Assembly: GCA_052035525.1 (NCBI GenBank)
Contig: JBPOHN010000012.1
Coordinates: 208,784-272,783, forward strand
Origin: Armatimonadota bacterium
Lineage (GTDB): Bacteria > Armatimonadota > UBA5829
DNA length: 64,000 bases
Direction of reading: 5' to 3'
Shown: one piece after another, positions 1 through 10,543 of the stretch
How positions within the stretch are numbered: position 1 is the stretch's first letter
How the letters are laid out: every line of letters starts with the position of its first letter
Position numbers and translations under genes: made by a program
The notes under the pieces: model-generated
What the model was told of the DNA's origin: nothing
The model's database searches: none
What the model saw: the letters and a program-made list of their open reading frames with translations, nothing else

Positions 1-1
1 G

Positions 2-307
<306 letters not shown>

Positions 308-334
308 GCGTTAGGCAAGAGGCAGTAGTCATCA

Positions 335-365
335 GGGCCGGAGCAGATGCGCTTCGGCCCTTTTT
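335..365 (+). terminator. Rho-independent terminator after eno
   Basis: GGGCCG(335-340)...CGGCCC(355-360) hairpin followed by TTTTT (361-365). A TATAAT box at 371-376 sits just before the next ATG. Confidence 0.6.
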
Positions 366-383
366 ACGTGTATAATCAACGCG

Positions 384-929
384 ATGAGAAAGACGGAGAA
401 GAAGCAACGGTCATCGGTATACCAAGCACATAGGCGCTCGTCCGCAGTATCTCGCGCCCGCCGAGCCGAGCGAAGCCGCAAGAGGGTGTGCGGACTATGG
501 CGTAAGCGCCTGCTGGTTGTGGCCGTAGAGCTCTACAAGGCCAACAAGTGCGACAAGCTGCTGATGTCGGGCGACAACCGGTTCAGGAACTACAACGAGC
601 CGGAACGCATGCGCGACTACGCGGTCAGGGAAGGCGTCCCCGTTGAGGATATCGTCCTCGACTATGCGGGTAGGCGCACCTACGACTCCGTCTACCGCGC
701 CAGGCACATCTTCGGCACCAGAAAGATGATCATCGTGACTCAGTCGTTCCACGTAGACCGCGCCGTCTTTCTGGCCGGCAAGGTCGGCATAGACGCCTAT
801 GGGGTTGCCTCGAGCAACAAGGCAGACACAAGAGCGGCGATCCGTGAATGCCCGGCCTGTCTCAGCGCCCTGGCTGATGTATACCTCCTTCATCCCCGCC
901 CGGTGATGGGTGAGAAGGAATCCATCTGA
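384..929 (+). CDS. sanA: SanA/YdcF (DUF218) family protein; N-terminus looks truncated or frameshifted
   Basis: LLMSGDNRFRNYNEPERMRDYAVREGVPVEDIVLDYAGRRTYDSVYRARHIFG...IIVTQSFHVDRAVF matches the SanA core. The expected N-terminal TM helix is missing; the first 40 aa are Arg-rich and non-hydrophobic, and a SanA-like piece (ATVIGIPST) appears in another frame at 395-430. Confidence 0.55.
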   Translation: MRKTEKKQRSSVYQAHRRSSAVSRARRAERSRKRVCGLWRKRLLVVAVELYKANKCDKLLMSGDNRFRNYNEPERMRDYAVREGVPVEDIVLDYAGRRTYDSVYRARHIFGTRKMIIVTQSFHVDRAVFLAGKVGIDAYGVASSNKADTRAAIRECPACLSALADVYLLHPRPVMGEKESI

Positions 930-969
930 TAATCGTTTGGTCGACCACCTCTTTGGTTAATAACCCCTC

Positions 970-1725
970 GTGAAACTCTCAGAACGCCTGCTTCTGTCCC
1001 TGTCCCACGAGCCAACGGCTGATTCGGGCAACAACGGCAGCCTCGAAAGCGCGCTGGCGCTGCTGAACTTGGCTTTCCCCGGCTTTGAGGACGAGATCGC
1101 CGGGAAGCGGATCCTCGACTTCGGATGCGGGGATGGCTATCAATCCGCCGCGATGGCTCTGCGCGGCGCCGGGTACATTCTGGGGCTGGATACGAACCCT
1201 CCCACGCTTGATCGGGCACGGCGGCTCGCCGCGGACATGAGCCTTGGCAATGTAGACTTCAGGGAGAAGCTCGACGAGAACGACCGGGGCGCGTTCGACA
1301 TCGTGATCTCTCAGAACAGCATGGAGCACTTCCCCGACCCGGCCGCCGTCCTTCAAGAGATGAAGTCCGCGCTCAGACCTGACGGAAGGCTCCTGATCAC
1401 GTTCGGTCCGCCCTGGCTATCGCCTTACGGCAGCCACATGAGCTTCTTCACGCGCATCCCGTGGGCCAATATCATCTTCTCGGAATCCACAGTGATGAAG
1501 GTCCGCTCCCGCTACATAGGCGACGGCGCGATGCGCTACGAGGAAGTGACCGGCGGGCTGAACAAGATGACGGTGAGCAAGTTCGAGAGGCTCGTCCGGC
1601 AGTGCGGCCTGCGCCTGACCTACCGCCGCTATCGGTGTATCAAGGGGTTGGATTTCCTAGCGTCGCTGCCGGCCGCGCGCGAGCTGTTCGTGAACCACGT
1701 CAGCTGCGTCCTGCAGTATCCGTAG
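970..1725 (+). CDS. Class I SAM-dependent methyltransferase
   Basis: Motif I ILDFGCGDGYQSAAMA, and DIVISQNSMEHFPD. GTG start. Confidence 0.75.
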   Translation: MKLSERLLLSLSHEPTADSGNNGSLESALALLNLAFPGFEDEIAGKRILDFGCGDGYQSAAMALRGAGYILGLDTNPPTLDRARRLAADMSLGNVDFREKLDENDRGAFDIVISQNSMEHFPDPAAVLQEMKSALRPDGRLLITFGPPWLSPYGSHMSFFTRIPWANIIFSESTVMKVRSRYIGDGAMRYEEVTGGLNKMTVSKFERLVRQCGLRLTYRRYRCIKGLDFLASLPAARELFVNHVSCVLQYP

Positions 1726-1791
1726 CGGCCGATCCCGTCTCCGTCTATGCACTCGTAGCAGCCGGAGGTTGAAGGGGACAGCAGCCCTCCA

Positions 1792-2691
1792 CTACACCCA
1801 CGATTCGATGATCCTCGCGCGCGCCAGTTCCCCCATTTTCATCGACGCGCACGATCCGCCCATCTGCGATTCGCAGCGTATCGCGCCGATCAGTTCCGAC
1901 TCAAGCGTCTCGACTCCCGCGGCGCGAGCCTCAGCCTCCACAAACGAGTAAACTGCCTGCATCGACACCTTGTCCGGCTGAGTGATGTTCATCGAAACCT
2001 GCGCGAGGTTGCGCGACTTCAGGTAGACTCCAATCGCCTTCACTCCAGGCATTGCTTCGCCCGAGTCTCTGACCGCGCGTATCCTCGCCGCAATCGCCCG
2101 CGCTACGGCCACATCATCGGTAGCCAGATTCACGTTGAAAGCCACAAGCGGCCCTCTAGCCCCGACCACAACCGCGCCCGCTGTAGCATGCGCCCTCGCC
2201 GGCCCCGCGTCAGGGAGCCTATCGCCTTCCAGCGCCCGATGCTTCAGCGCCTCGAATCCCCCGCGCCGGATATCTGCAAGGTTGGTCCTGCTTGCGTCCC
2301 TGGCTGAGTTCTCGTAGAAGTATACGGGAAGAAGCAACTGCCGCGCGATGTCGGCCCCGATCTTATGCGACAGCGCAACCGCCTCGTCCATAGTGACGCC
2401 CTCGATCGGTACCACTGGAAGCACGTCAATCGCACCTATCCGCGGATGCTCACCGACGTGCCGGTTGAGGTCGATCAATCCTACCGCCGCCCTCGCGCCT
2501 GCGACTGCAGACCGCCGCACGTCCTCGGGTTCGCCGATGAACGTCACCACCGACCTGTTGTGGTCAACATCCATCGAGTAATCGACCACCCGCACCCCGG
2601 ACGCCTTAGTTATCGCGTTCACAATCTCCCGGACGACTTCCGGCCGCCGCCCTTCGCTGAAATTGGGTATGCACTGGATGATCCTGTCCAC
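1792..2691 (-). CDS. ftcD: Glutamate formimidoyltransferase (FtcD N-terminal domain family)
   Basis: MDRIIQCIPNFSEGRRPEVV... is the characteristic FT-domain N-terminus. Full length 299 aa. Confidence 0.8.
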   Translation of the reverse strand: MDRIIQCIPNFSEGRRPEVVREIVNAITKASGVRVVDYSMDVDHNRSVVTFIGEPEDVRRSAVAGARAAVGLIDLNRHVGEHPRIGAIDVLPVVPIEGVTMDEAVALSHKIGADIARQLLLPVYFYENSARDASRTNLADIRRGGFEALKHRALEGDRLPDAGPARAHATAGAVVVGARGPLVAFNVNLATDDVAVARAIAARIRAVRDSGEAMPGVKAIGVYLKSRNLAQVSMNITQPDKVSMQAVYSFVEAEARAAGVETLESELIGAIRCESQMGGSCASMKMGELARARIIESWV

Positions 2692-2704
2692 TAGACTGCC
2701 TCGA

Positions 2705-4666
2705 TCAGGTAAGGAACCTGTAGATGGGGATATCGAATATCCACCCGAAAATGGCCCACGCCGCCTGTATCACGACGTCGCCCAGAATGATCCCTACAAA
2801 TAGTGGGACACTTGTTCTGTAGGCCTTGTTCCCGCCAAACCGCAGCACAGTCGTCTTCACCAGCCACGCAATGAAGAACGGCACGATGAACGCGTTCATA
2901 ATGAGCGTGTTGCTCAGGACGTAGCCCATCGGGTGAAGCCCCAGGATTCCTGCTCTCTTCGCCCAGGTCAGGAAAATGGTGAACACGACCCCGAACAACG
3001 CTCCACCCACTCCCTGTGGGTCCCAGGCACGCGACCCCGACGCGACCCTGTGCACCTCATCGAAGCTGCGCTGCACCTTGACTAGCGCGTAGTTGTTCGC
3101 CTTTGCCGTTGCGACACCGATATCGTACATCTTCGCAAGTGTTGTCCACCAGCCGATAACAAGCGCGGTCACAGTGAATAGCATCACCAGCTTGAGCATC
3201 GTCCGCCAGCGTATCCCGGACTTCTCCGCGATATCGAGCCCTTCCATCAGATACGGCAGCGACTGCGCTCGTATGTCCCAGTGCACCAGATTGAAGTTGC
3301 CGCCCCCGATCAACGCCTGATCGCTCAGGCCGTGCCCCCCGATCACCGACGTCATCGTACGGTGCGGCGTCCAACCTAGGGGAGCGAACGTCCACAGCGC
3401 TCCGGCCTCTGCCCTCACGCGTGCCCCGCTGAGCACATACGCTACGTAGACGAAGAAGACTATGGCGGCCGCATAGGGCGGGATGCCCACCGAAGCCATC
3501 ATCAAGATGCAAAGCAGCGACAACCCGACTGCAACAATGGCCATCCGCTTGACTGTCTGCTGCTCCTGCTTGGATACCGATGCTATCACCGTGCGCCAGT
3601 GATGCCGAGCACCCCAGATGATGATGCCTGCCAGCGCCAGCCACGCTCCGCAGGCTTGCTCTTCCTTGAACGGGAACCGCGATGTTGCCGTATCGGCGGC
3701 CTCCACCCCGAATATCGCCGCCACCACGTATACGAGCCTCATCGCAACCGCAAACAGCCAGCAGCTCAGGCTCAGATCACCGGGCACGAAGTAGGCGAGT
3801 CCGATCGCCATCGGGTACAACCCCACCCCAACCGGCGGTATCGCGTTCCAGGGCGGCGTGCTAAACAACTGGATGTAGGACGCCTTCATCTGCACCGCCG
3901 GGACCGCGGGGAACCAATCGTGTAGCACCAGCAGGCTCTGCGCGATCACGGGCAGCGCGAACCCGATCCAGAACAGAGGCTTCCGGAAGGTGTCCTCCTT
4001 CGGGTTCATCACCTGCAGGGGCATCATCGCTATCGGAAACGTAAGCCGTTCCTGGTCGATCCATATCCTGCGCAAAATCCCTGCCAGGCAGATCCAGATC
4101 CCGCCTATAAGCAGCAGGTACGTGCTCCAGAACCCGATAGGCAGGACCCACGCTTTCCAGGGTATCGGATGTCCCCCGCGATAGAGGTCCCGGATAGCAT
4201 CGAGATCATGCAGCACCGGCATATGTTCGAGTGCCGGCAGATAGCGCATCCACTGAGGGTTGGTCTCCGAGAAAAACGGCAGGTAGCCCATGCCCGTGGC
4301 CACGAAACGGAGGCCGCCGAACCCGACAATGGGAATCGTGGCGGTCAGAACCACATAGGTGATGATAAGCTCGTGATCTTCAAAGGGGAGCCAGCGGCGG
4401 AGGATGCGGGCGAAGAGGAGGTAAAGCGCCGTGGGCATCATGATCGAGTAGCAGACCAGGTAGATCCCGCGCGCGATCTCGCTGTCGGCGATCCACCACA
4501 GCATGAGCGCCTGCAGCACCAGAATCAGCGCAAGCACACGGAATCGCAGCCCCTTCGGCCGCTTGCCGTATCGCCCTCGATCCTCAGTTGTCAACGCCCA
4601 TCCCCCTCGGTGCCGGCCTTCTCCTGTCTGCCCGACCAATTCTACCACCTGAGCGGGAGCACTCAC
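2705..4666 (-). CDS. Polytopic integral membrane protein (>=12 predicted TM helices), unknown function
   Basis: 653-aa ORF with many long hydrophobic segments and a short cytoplasmic N-terminus. No catalytic motif recognised. The start may lie downstream of 4666. Confidence 0.5.
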   Translation of the reverse strand: MSAPAQVVELVGQTGEGRHRGGWALTTEDRGRYGKRPKGLRFRVLALILVLQALMLWWIADSEIARGIYLVCYSIMMPTALYLLFARILRRWLPFEDHELIITYVVLTATIPIVGFGGLRFVATGMGYLPFFSETNPQWMRYLPALEHMPVLHDLDAIRDLYRGGHPIPWKAWVLPIGFWSTYLLLIGGIWICLAGILRRIWIDQERLTFPIAMMPLQVMNPKEDTFRKPLFWIGFALPVIAQSLLVLHDWFPAVPAVQMKASYIQLFSTPPWNAIPPVGVGLYPMAIGLAYFVPGDLSLSCWLFAVAMRLVYVVAAIFGVEAADTATSRFPFKEEQACGAWLALAGIIIWGARHHWRTVIASVSKQEQQTVKRMAIVAVGLSLLCILMMASVGIPPYAAAIVFFVYVAYVLSGARVRAEAGALWTFAPLGWTPHRTMTSVIGGHGLSDQALIGGGNFNLVHWDIRAQSLPYLMEGLDIAEKSGIRWRTMLKLVMLFTVTALVIGWWTTLAKMYDIGVATAKANNYALVKVQRSFDEVHRVASGSRAWDPQGVGGALFGVVFTIFLTWAKRAGILGLHPMGYVLSNTLIMNAFIVPFFIAWLVKTTVLRFGGNKAYRTSVPLFVGIILGDVVIQAAWAIFGWIFDIPIYRFLT

Positions 4667-4702
4667 AAGCGCAGCGGCTCAGATAGCACGGGAGACTGGG
4701 TG

Positions 4703-5698
4703 TCATAGAGCGGGAGCAGTCTCGGCCGCCCTCTCGCAATACTCCCTCAACAGCCGTATGTAAAGGCGGTAGTCTTCTAACGAGCATCCGGGCGGCGTTT
4801 GGTGGTCGCAGGACGGAATGAAGCCACCCTGCTTCATTACGGGCAGCAGGCGCTCGAATTCCTCGCGCATGCGCTCCTCGCCCAAGTGCATGACGGTCTT
4901 GTCGAAGGCGCCCAACAGCTTGATGCGAGGATGACGGCGGCGAAGCTCGGACACATCAACTCCGGCCATCCGCTCAAGTGGCAGAAGCCCCTCACAGCCT
5001 ACTTCAAGAAACCACGCGGCAGGCTCCGTGATGTCCCCGTCCGTATCAACGAGGATGGTACTCCCGCGACTCTTCAGAACAGGTGTGATTCGGCGGTAGA
5101 ACGGCGCCATGAACTCGTCGAACTGAGCTTTCGATAGCATTGGGCCGTGATTGTAGGACATGTCCTCGGCGAAGGTGACGAAATCCGGCACGCAGATCTC
5201 GCAGAACTCGTCGTAGATGCGGAGGTTGAACGCGAGCAAGTCTTCGTTCATCTCCTTCATCAAGTCCGGTTGATCGTAGAACGCGTAGAGGTGTTCCTCG
5301 ATGCCGAACAGCGTGCGGGGATACCAGAACGGTCCCTCCAGCGTTATCCAGACGATCATCTCACCGGTCGCATGTCGCTCAGCCCAGCCGCGCACCATGT
5401 CCTTGTCGAACGCGTTCTCCGGGTAGAGCGTCGGCTTCAGGGCGAGGTACTGCTCCCGATTGGCGACTTTGCTTCGACCTGCAGGGCCGATCCAGTACTG
5501 CCGGTGACAATCCTGGCCGAAGTAGTCGCGGATATCTCCCGCATCTGTCAGTTCCGCAGGAAGCCCTTCCGTGTGCCAGCGGGCGATGGTCTTGTCCCAC
5601 CAGACTGCCCATTCGAGCACCGGCAGCCGATCCACTGGTTGGAAGTTGAACACACGCTGAAGCCGTTGTCTGTTGGTCACGCCGTCTGCCCCTTCCAC
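4703..5698 (-). CDS. Uroporphyrinogen decarboxylase (URO-D)/MtaA-CmuA-like methyltransferase family protein
   Basis: 331 aa; the ...FIPSCDHQTPPGCSLEDY... tail and overall length fit the URO-D-like TIM-barrel family. Confidence 0.7.
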   Translation of the reverse strand: MEGADGVTNRQRLQRVFNFQPVDRLPVLEWAVWWDKTIARWHTEGLPAELTDAGDIRDYFGQDCHRQYWIGPAGRSKVANREQYLALKPTLYPENAFDKDMVRGWAERHATGEMIVWITLEGPFWYPRTLFGIEEHLYAFYDQPDLMKEMNEDLLAFNLRIYDEFCEICVPDFVTFAEDMSYNHGPMLSKAQFDEFMAPFYRRITPVLKSRGSTILVDTDGDITEPAAWFLEVGCEGLLPLERMAGVDVSELRRRHPRIKLLGAFDKTVMHLGEERMREEFERLLPVMKQGGFIPSCDHQTPPGCSLEDYRLYIRLLREYCERAAETAPAL

Positions 5699-7509
5699 TC
5701 AGCGTACAACCTCTCGAAATCGGCCACCAGACCTTCCACGACCTTGATTCCGCCGCGCCAGAACTCGGGGTCGCGGATGTCGATGCCCACCCGCCCGAGC
5801 AACTCCTCGGGCGAACACGCGCCGCCGGTCCTCAGAAGCTCGATGTACTTCGGCACGAACGACTCGCCCTCGCGCAGATACATCGAGTAGAGCGCCATCA
5901 CGAGCAGTTCGCCGAACGAATAGGCATACACGTAGAACGGCGATTCGACGAAGTGGTTTACATACATCCACCAGTACGCATGCTCCTCGCCCATTTCCAC
6001 GGAGTCTTTGAACATGGCCTGGATGTTGCGCTGCCACATCTCGCCGATTTGCTCGGTCGTAAGCTCGCCCTGCTCCCGCCTGCCCCGATGCAGTTCCTGC
6101 TCGAAACGATACATGGCCGCCTGGCGGAACACTGTTGCAAATATACCGTCTATCTTCTCAGCGTAGAGGGCAAGTTTCTCTTCCAGGTTGGAATTGGCCA
6201 CCAGGCTCTGGAAGACGAGCATTTCCCCGAAGGTGCTGGCAAGCTCGGCTACTGGCAGCACGCTGCCGAAGTTGAACAGCGTCTGGCGCCGGGCGAGGGA
6301 ATAGTGGACCCCATGACCGAGTTCATGCGCGAGCGTCATGATGTCCTCCTTGCGGTTCAGGTAGCTCATCAGCACGTAGGGGTGCAGGTCCGGTGTAACC
6401 GAGATGCAGAACGCCCCGCCGCGTTTGGCCTTGCGCGGTTCCGCATCGATCCAGTTGTTATCGAAAAACTCCCGCGCGGCGTCGGCCATTTCGGTCGAGA
6501 ACCGTCCGAACGAATCCAGGACGATCTCTTTGCCCTGCTCGAACGAATATTCCTCGCGTGACTCGAACAGCGGAGCGTAGCGATCGTAGTGATAGAGCTT
6601 GTCATAGCCCAGCGCCTCGCGCTTCACCCGATAGTAGCGTGCCACGAGGTCATAGCCTTCCACGCACTTGTCCATTACGTTCTCGACCGTCTGCCTGTCC
6701 AACTCGTTCGAGATATTACGTGCTTGCTCCGGATACTCGCAGCGGCGCAGGCGATCATCTATGGATTTGTCATAGACGAGGGTGTTGAAGATGAAAGTCA
6801 GCAGCCGGCTGTTGGCAACAAGGCCCTGAGTCAAGGACTCAGCCGCCGCCTTGCGCACCTCCCGGCGTGGATCCCGCAGCAGAGCGAGGACTTCCGGCTC
6901 GCTGAGTGTCTGCTCCACTCCGTCGAGCGTGATCTTGAACTCGATCGTTGAGACGGACTCCTCAAACAGGCGCTCAAAAGCTCGCCCTCCGGTGTTAGCT
7001 TTCTCCTCCAGGATTCGCTCCTCGCCTTCGGGCAGTTTGTGGTCGCGAAACAGGCGCGAAGCATGGATGAAGTGCTTGTAGTTGACGAGGATAGGGTCTT
7101 CAAGCAGCCTATCGATGATCTCCGGCTTGGCGGCCATCAGTTCCAGCTCAAAGAAGATCAACTGAAGAGAGATCTCTGTCTGCCGTTCCTGCACGTGCTG
7201 CATCAGGGCGCCGTGCTCGGGCTTGCTCGTATCTGCAGAGAAGACCTGTACCGCGTAGCTGCTTACCTTCGACTGCACGGTGGCCATGTCCTCGAGTTCC
7301 TCGATTGCCTCCAGCAGCGTCTCTGCGGTCAGATCGTCGCTATTGATCCTCCCCCGGTAGCGTTCCGCGAACGCTTTGGCACGAGCCAGAGTAGCGTCAA
7401 GAGCCTTATCTATCGCGGGGTCGTCCACTCCGCTGAACAACTCGCTGAGGTCCCACGCGACCTTTGTTGTGTCGGGCATATCGATCTCCTTCACTTGAGA
7501 TAAGGGCAA
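5677..7509 (-). CDS. pepF: Oligoendopeptidase F (M3B metallopeptidase)
   Basis: HELGHGVH zinc motif and ~600 aa length typical of PepF. The true start may be MPDTT at 7479. Confidence 0.9.
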   Translation of the reverse strand: MPLSQVKEIDMPDTTKVAWDLSELFSGVDDPAIDKALDATLARAKAFAERYRGRINSDDLTAETLLEAIEELEDMATVQSKVSSYAVQVFSADTSKPEHGALMQHVQERQTEISLQLIFFELELMAAKPEIIDRLLEDPILVNYKHFIHASRLFRDHKLPEGEERILEEKANTGGRAFERLFEESVSTIEFKITLDGVEQTLSEPEVLALLRDPRREVRKAAAESLTQGLVANSRLLTFIFNTLVYDKSIDDRLRRCEYPEQARNISNELDRQTVENVMDKCVEGYDLVARYYRVKREALGYDKLYHYDRYAPLFESREEYSFEQGKEIVLDSFGRFSTEMADAAREFFDNNWIDAEPRKAKRGGAFCISVTPDLHPYVLMSYLNRKEDIMTLAHELGHGVHYSLARRQTLFNFGSVLPVAELASTFGEMLVFQSLVANSNLEEKLALYAEKIDGIFATVFRQAAMYRFEQELHRGRREQGELTTEQIGEMWQRNIQAMFKDSVEMGEEHAYWWMYVNHFVESPFYVYAYSFGELLVMALYSMYLREGESFVPKYIELLRTGGACSPEELLGRVGIDIRDPEFWRGGIKVVEGLVADFERLYAEWKGQTA

Positions 7510-7668
7510 ACACAGTATTCCACATTATACGCTGACGCAAGCGGGCGGGCAAACTGCACCCGGTTCACGTTTTCTGGTAAACTGGGGTGTTGATCTACAG
7601 AAGGACGGCGCGCCATCAAAGCTAGAGTATATTCACTAATAGTTCCGTGGTGCTTCGAAAGCGGGCTC

Positions 7669-8835
7669 GTGCTGCTGCAGACGGCGATGCCGCTGCTCGC
7701 GGTGCGCTTGGGCGCAAGCTGGATAATGCTCGGCACCATCGGCTGGGTAGCTCAGGCGATCCGCACGCCAATCTGCTTTACCTCCGGCCACCTGTCGGAA
7801 CGAGTTGGCCGCGCGGCTATCATCGTGCCCTCGGCGCTCGTGTGCGCATTCATGATCTGGGCTATGGCCGGCGTGGAATCGCTCCCGCTCCTGCTAGTCC
7901 TCTACGCAGTGGCGATGGCTTCCATTGGCGCGTTCTATCCGCCGCTACAGGCTACGGTAGGCGATGTCAGCCAAGTGGGCCAACTCCGCATCAATCTTGG
8001 AGCGTTCAACATAGGCTGGTGTGTTGGGGGTGCGGTCGCTGCGTGGACAGCGGGTTGGCTCGTTGCCAGCCGCATTCCTGCTCTTCTCGGCGTTGGTGGA
8101 CTGAGCCTGCTGTTCTACGCGGGGGCCGGATGCTGCATTCTTGCTGCCATCCTCTATCTCACCTGGCGCGCGAAACCGGTCCCGCACGTTTCCTCCACTG
8201 CGGAGCAGGACGCCGTTGAGGGACAGCCAGGGGCCATCGGGACGGAGTTCGCCTCGCTGCTGCTCATCTCCAGAATGGGGCATTTCGTCGGGTTTTTCGG
8301 CTACTCGATAGTCCGGATTCTTTTCCCCAAGCTCGGAATCAGCGCCTTCGGCTGGAGCGAGGCGACTGTTGCCAAGGTTGTGGCTCTGTTCCTGTGGGGC
8401 TTGGGGGCAGGTATCCTCCTGACCAACCTGTCGGCGTGGTGGCGAGGCAAGCTGTGGCCCCAACTGGCGGCGCAGTGCGTTATGCTTGCGTGCGCCGTTG
8501 CGATTGCGCTCCTGTGCTTGCCGCTTATGGCCTTTGCGAGGTTCCCCTACCTGATAGGGCTCTTGTTCTTCATCTATGGCGTGGGGCAGAGTATATCATA
8601 CACCGGCGCCCTCTACTATGGCCTCTCCAGCCGTAAGGGCAAGGGCACGAACACGGGGATCCACGAATCCCTGGTTGCTGCCGCAAGCGTCTCGGGCTGC
8701 CTGCTAGGGGGGATCGTGGCCCAGAAGATCGCTCTGGTCGCGCCTTTCGTGCTGACCGCCGCGCTTGCAGGTCTCTCGGTTGCTGCTACTTGCTATGTTT
8801 GGGTGACGAGACCGGAGCGGGCGGTTTCGGCTTAG
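7669..8835 (+). CDS. MFS-type transporter (12 TM)
   Basis: 388 aa, two sets of six hydrophobic segments; Gly-rich TM helices. Confidence 0.65.
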   Translation: MLLQTAMPLLAVRLGASWIMLGTIGWVAQAIRTPICFTSGHLSERVGRAAIIVPSALVCAFMIWAMAGVESLPLLLVLYAVAMASIGAFYPPLQATVGDVSQVGQLRINLGAFNIGWCVGGAVAAWTAGWLVASRIPALLGVGGLSLLFYAGAGCCILAAILYLTWRAKPVPHVSSTAEQDAVEGQPGAIGTEFASLLLISRMGHFVGFFGYSIVRILFPKLGISAFGWSEATVAKVVALFLWGLGAGILLTNLSAWWRGKLWPQLAAQCVMLACAVAIALLCLPLMAFARFPYLIGLLFFIYGVGQSISYTGALYYGLSSRKGKGTNTGIHESLVAAASVSGCLLGGIVAQKIALVAPFVLTAALAGLSVAATCYVWVTRPERAVSA

Positions 8836-9787
8836 CAGGCTTCTTGGAGGAGGTGAGCGCCCAGACCAACGGCATGCTCGCCACGAGAAACGCAGCAACC
8901 ACGGCGATCGATATCTTCTCCTGCCTGCTCAGCCTGAACTCACGCCAGTTCGCCGCCACTACCGCGACCGCCAGCGCAACCAGTGCGGGCAGATAAGGCA
9001 GCCAGCTCATTCTTACGGCAAGCATCGCGGCAGTCATCACTGCACATATGAACACGTAGTTGCGCGGGCCGTTCATTCCCAGTCTGTGCACCGCGGCGAA
9101 CACCAGCGCCATAAAGAGGGGGTCGCCTATACCCATCATCGTAGCTGGTACGAACGCGCCCGTACCGGCTTTCGGTATCGGCGCACTCACAGCGCTGACG
9201 AGTTCCGGCATCTTCTCCATCATCGTCGAAACCGGCCCCACGGTGACGGTCCAGAAATCGATGCACGCGGCGAACATCACCACCGGCAGAAGCAGATTCC
9301 TGTCCTTGATCCGCAGCGAGACTAGGTATCCGATTCCGCACGCGAGCAGCAGTATCGATCCGTACATCAGCATTTTCGCAATGCCGAACCGCGATATGCT
9401 TATGATGTACCCTATCTCGCGGAGCGTGGGCAGCCGGTGCAGTCTCTCTACGACATCCATTCGCCACACGATGTAGGCCACGATCAAGGCAACGCTGACA
9501 AGGCTCCCGCACAGCCAGAGCAGCGTACGCTTGACGTCCAGGCGTTGTTTGGAGAAGTAGTAGACCACCGCGATCTGCGCCGCCATGAACGCGACAGTGG
9601 GAATAGATAGCACAACTATGCCGCATAGGGCTAGGACCGCCGACCAGGGCTGCCCCACGGTGCGCATGCATCTGTCGATTGCGTTGATAAGCGAGACGAG
9701 GAAGTGCGCCTTGGGGATACCCAGCCACAGCGCAAAGTACAGGGCCAGGCTTGCAAGCAGATAGGGTAACGGGGATTTCTTCGACAA
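8786..9787 (-). CDS. 9-TM membrane protein with presenilin/SPP-like intramembrane aspartyl protease motifs (D in AACIDFW, GIGD, PAL)
   Basis: The ORF continues to 10051 but would then overlap the divergent response regulator. A TTG start at 9787 (RLSKKSPLPY) precedes the first TM. Motif order matches the A22 (GxGD) family: TM with ...CIDFW..., then MMGIGDPLFMALVF, then LPYLPALVAL. Confidence 0.45.
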   Translation of the reverse strand: MSKKSPLPYLLASLALYFALWLGIPKAHFLVSLINAIDRCMRTVGQPWSAVLALCGIVVLSIPTVAFMAAQIAVVYYFSKQRLDVKRTLLWLCGSLVSVALIVAYIVWRMDVVERLHRLPTLREIGYIISISRFGIAKMLMYGSILLLACGIGYLVSLRIKDRNLLLPVVMFAACIDFWTVTVGPVSTMMEKMPELVSAVSAPIPKAGTGAFVPATMMGIGDPLFMALVFAAVHRLGMNGPRNYVFICAVMTAAMLAVRMSWLPYLPALVALAVAVVAANWREFRLSRQEKISIAVVAAFLVASMPLVWALTSSKKPAKPKPPAPVSSPKHSK

Positions 9788-9967
9788 TCGAAAGCTCCTC
9801 GATCGCAACGTCTGAACCGGCGGATCAGCGCATGGTGCAGTCTCCGGAGCCTTGGAAGCCTTGTTACGCAGACCGGTCACTCCGCAATCCGAGCAGTTCC
9901 GTGATTTTGACAAGCCATTATAACACACGGTAGAATTGAGAAGAGTGTAACGGCTAGAGAGGCAATA

Positions 9968-10543
9968 ATGAGCCAGATAAGAGTAGTAATCGCAGACGAC
10001 GAATCGATCATTCGGCTTGACCTGAAAACGCTCCTCGAGGAGATGGGGCATGTGGTCATCGGCGAGGCCGCGGACGGTCAGCGGGCGCTGGAGTTGGCCC
10101 GCAGCCTGAAGCCGGATGTTGTCATAATGGATATCAAGATGCCGATTATGGACGGGCTCGACGCGGCGAAGGTCATATCAGAGGAGAAGATCGCCCCCGT
10201 CGTGCTGCTCACGGCCTACAGCCAAAAGGACCTGATAGAGCGCGCCAAAGAGGCCGGGGTCTACGCCTACCTTGTGAAGCCCTTCCAGGAATCCGCCCTG
10301 ATGCCTGCCATCGAGCTTGCGCTGTCGCGCTATCTCGAGCAGCAGGATCTCGAAAAGACGCTCGGCAGCCTCGAAGAGAAGCTGGAAACCCGGAAGCTCG
10401 TGGATCGCGCCAAAGGCATCCTGATGGACAAGTACCAGATGAATGAGGCCGATGCGTTCAGAAGAATCCAGCAGCAGAGCATGAACCAGCGCCGCACGAT
10501 GAAGGAAATCGCCGAGGCGATCATCATCGCGCACGAGATATAG
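9968..10543 (+). CDS. ANTAR-domain response regulator (REC + ANTAR; PdtaR/AmiR/NasT-like)
   Basis: VVIADDESIIRLDL...DVVIMDIKMP (REC, with Asp pocket), and C-terminal ...LVDRAKGILMDKYQMNEADAFRRIQQQSMNQRRTMKEIAEAII (ANTAR). Confidence 0.9.
   Translation: MSQIRVVIADDESIIRLDLKTLLEEMGHVVIGEAADGQRALELARSLKPDVVIMDIKMPIMDGLDAAKVISEEKIAPVVLLTAYSQKDLIERAKEAGVYAYLVKPFQESALMPAIELALSRYLEQQDLEKTLGSLEEKLETRKLVDRAKGILMDKYQMNEADAFRRIQQQSMNQRRTMKEIAEAIIIAHEI

Noticed and set aside
9788-10051. N-terminal extension of the presenilin-like ORF
   Set aside because: It would overlap the divergent response-regulator coding sequence by 84 nt; a TTG at 9787 immediately precedes the first TM helix.
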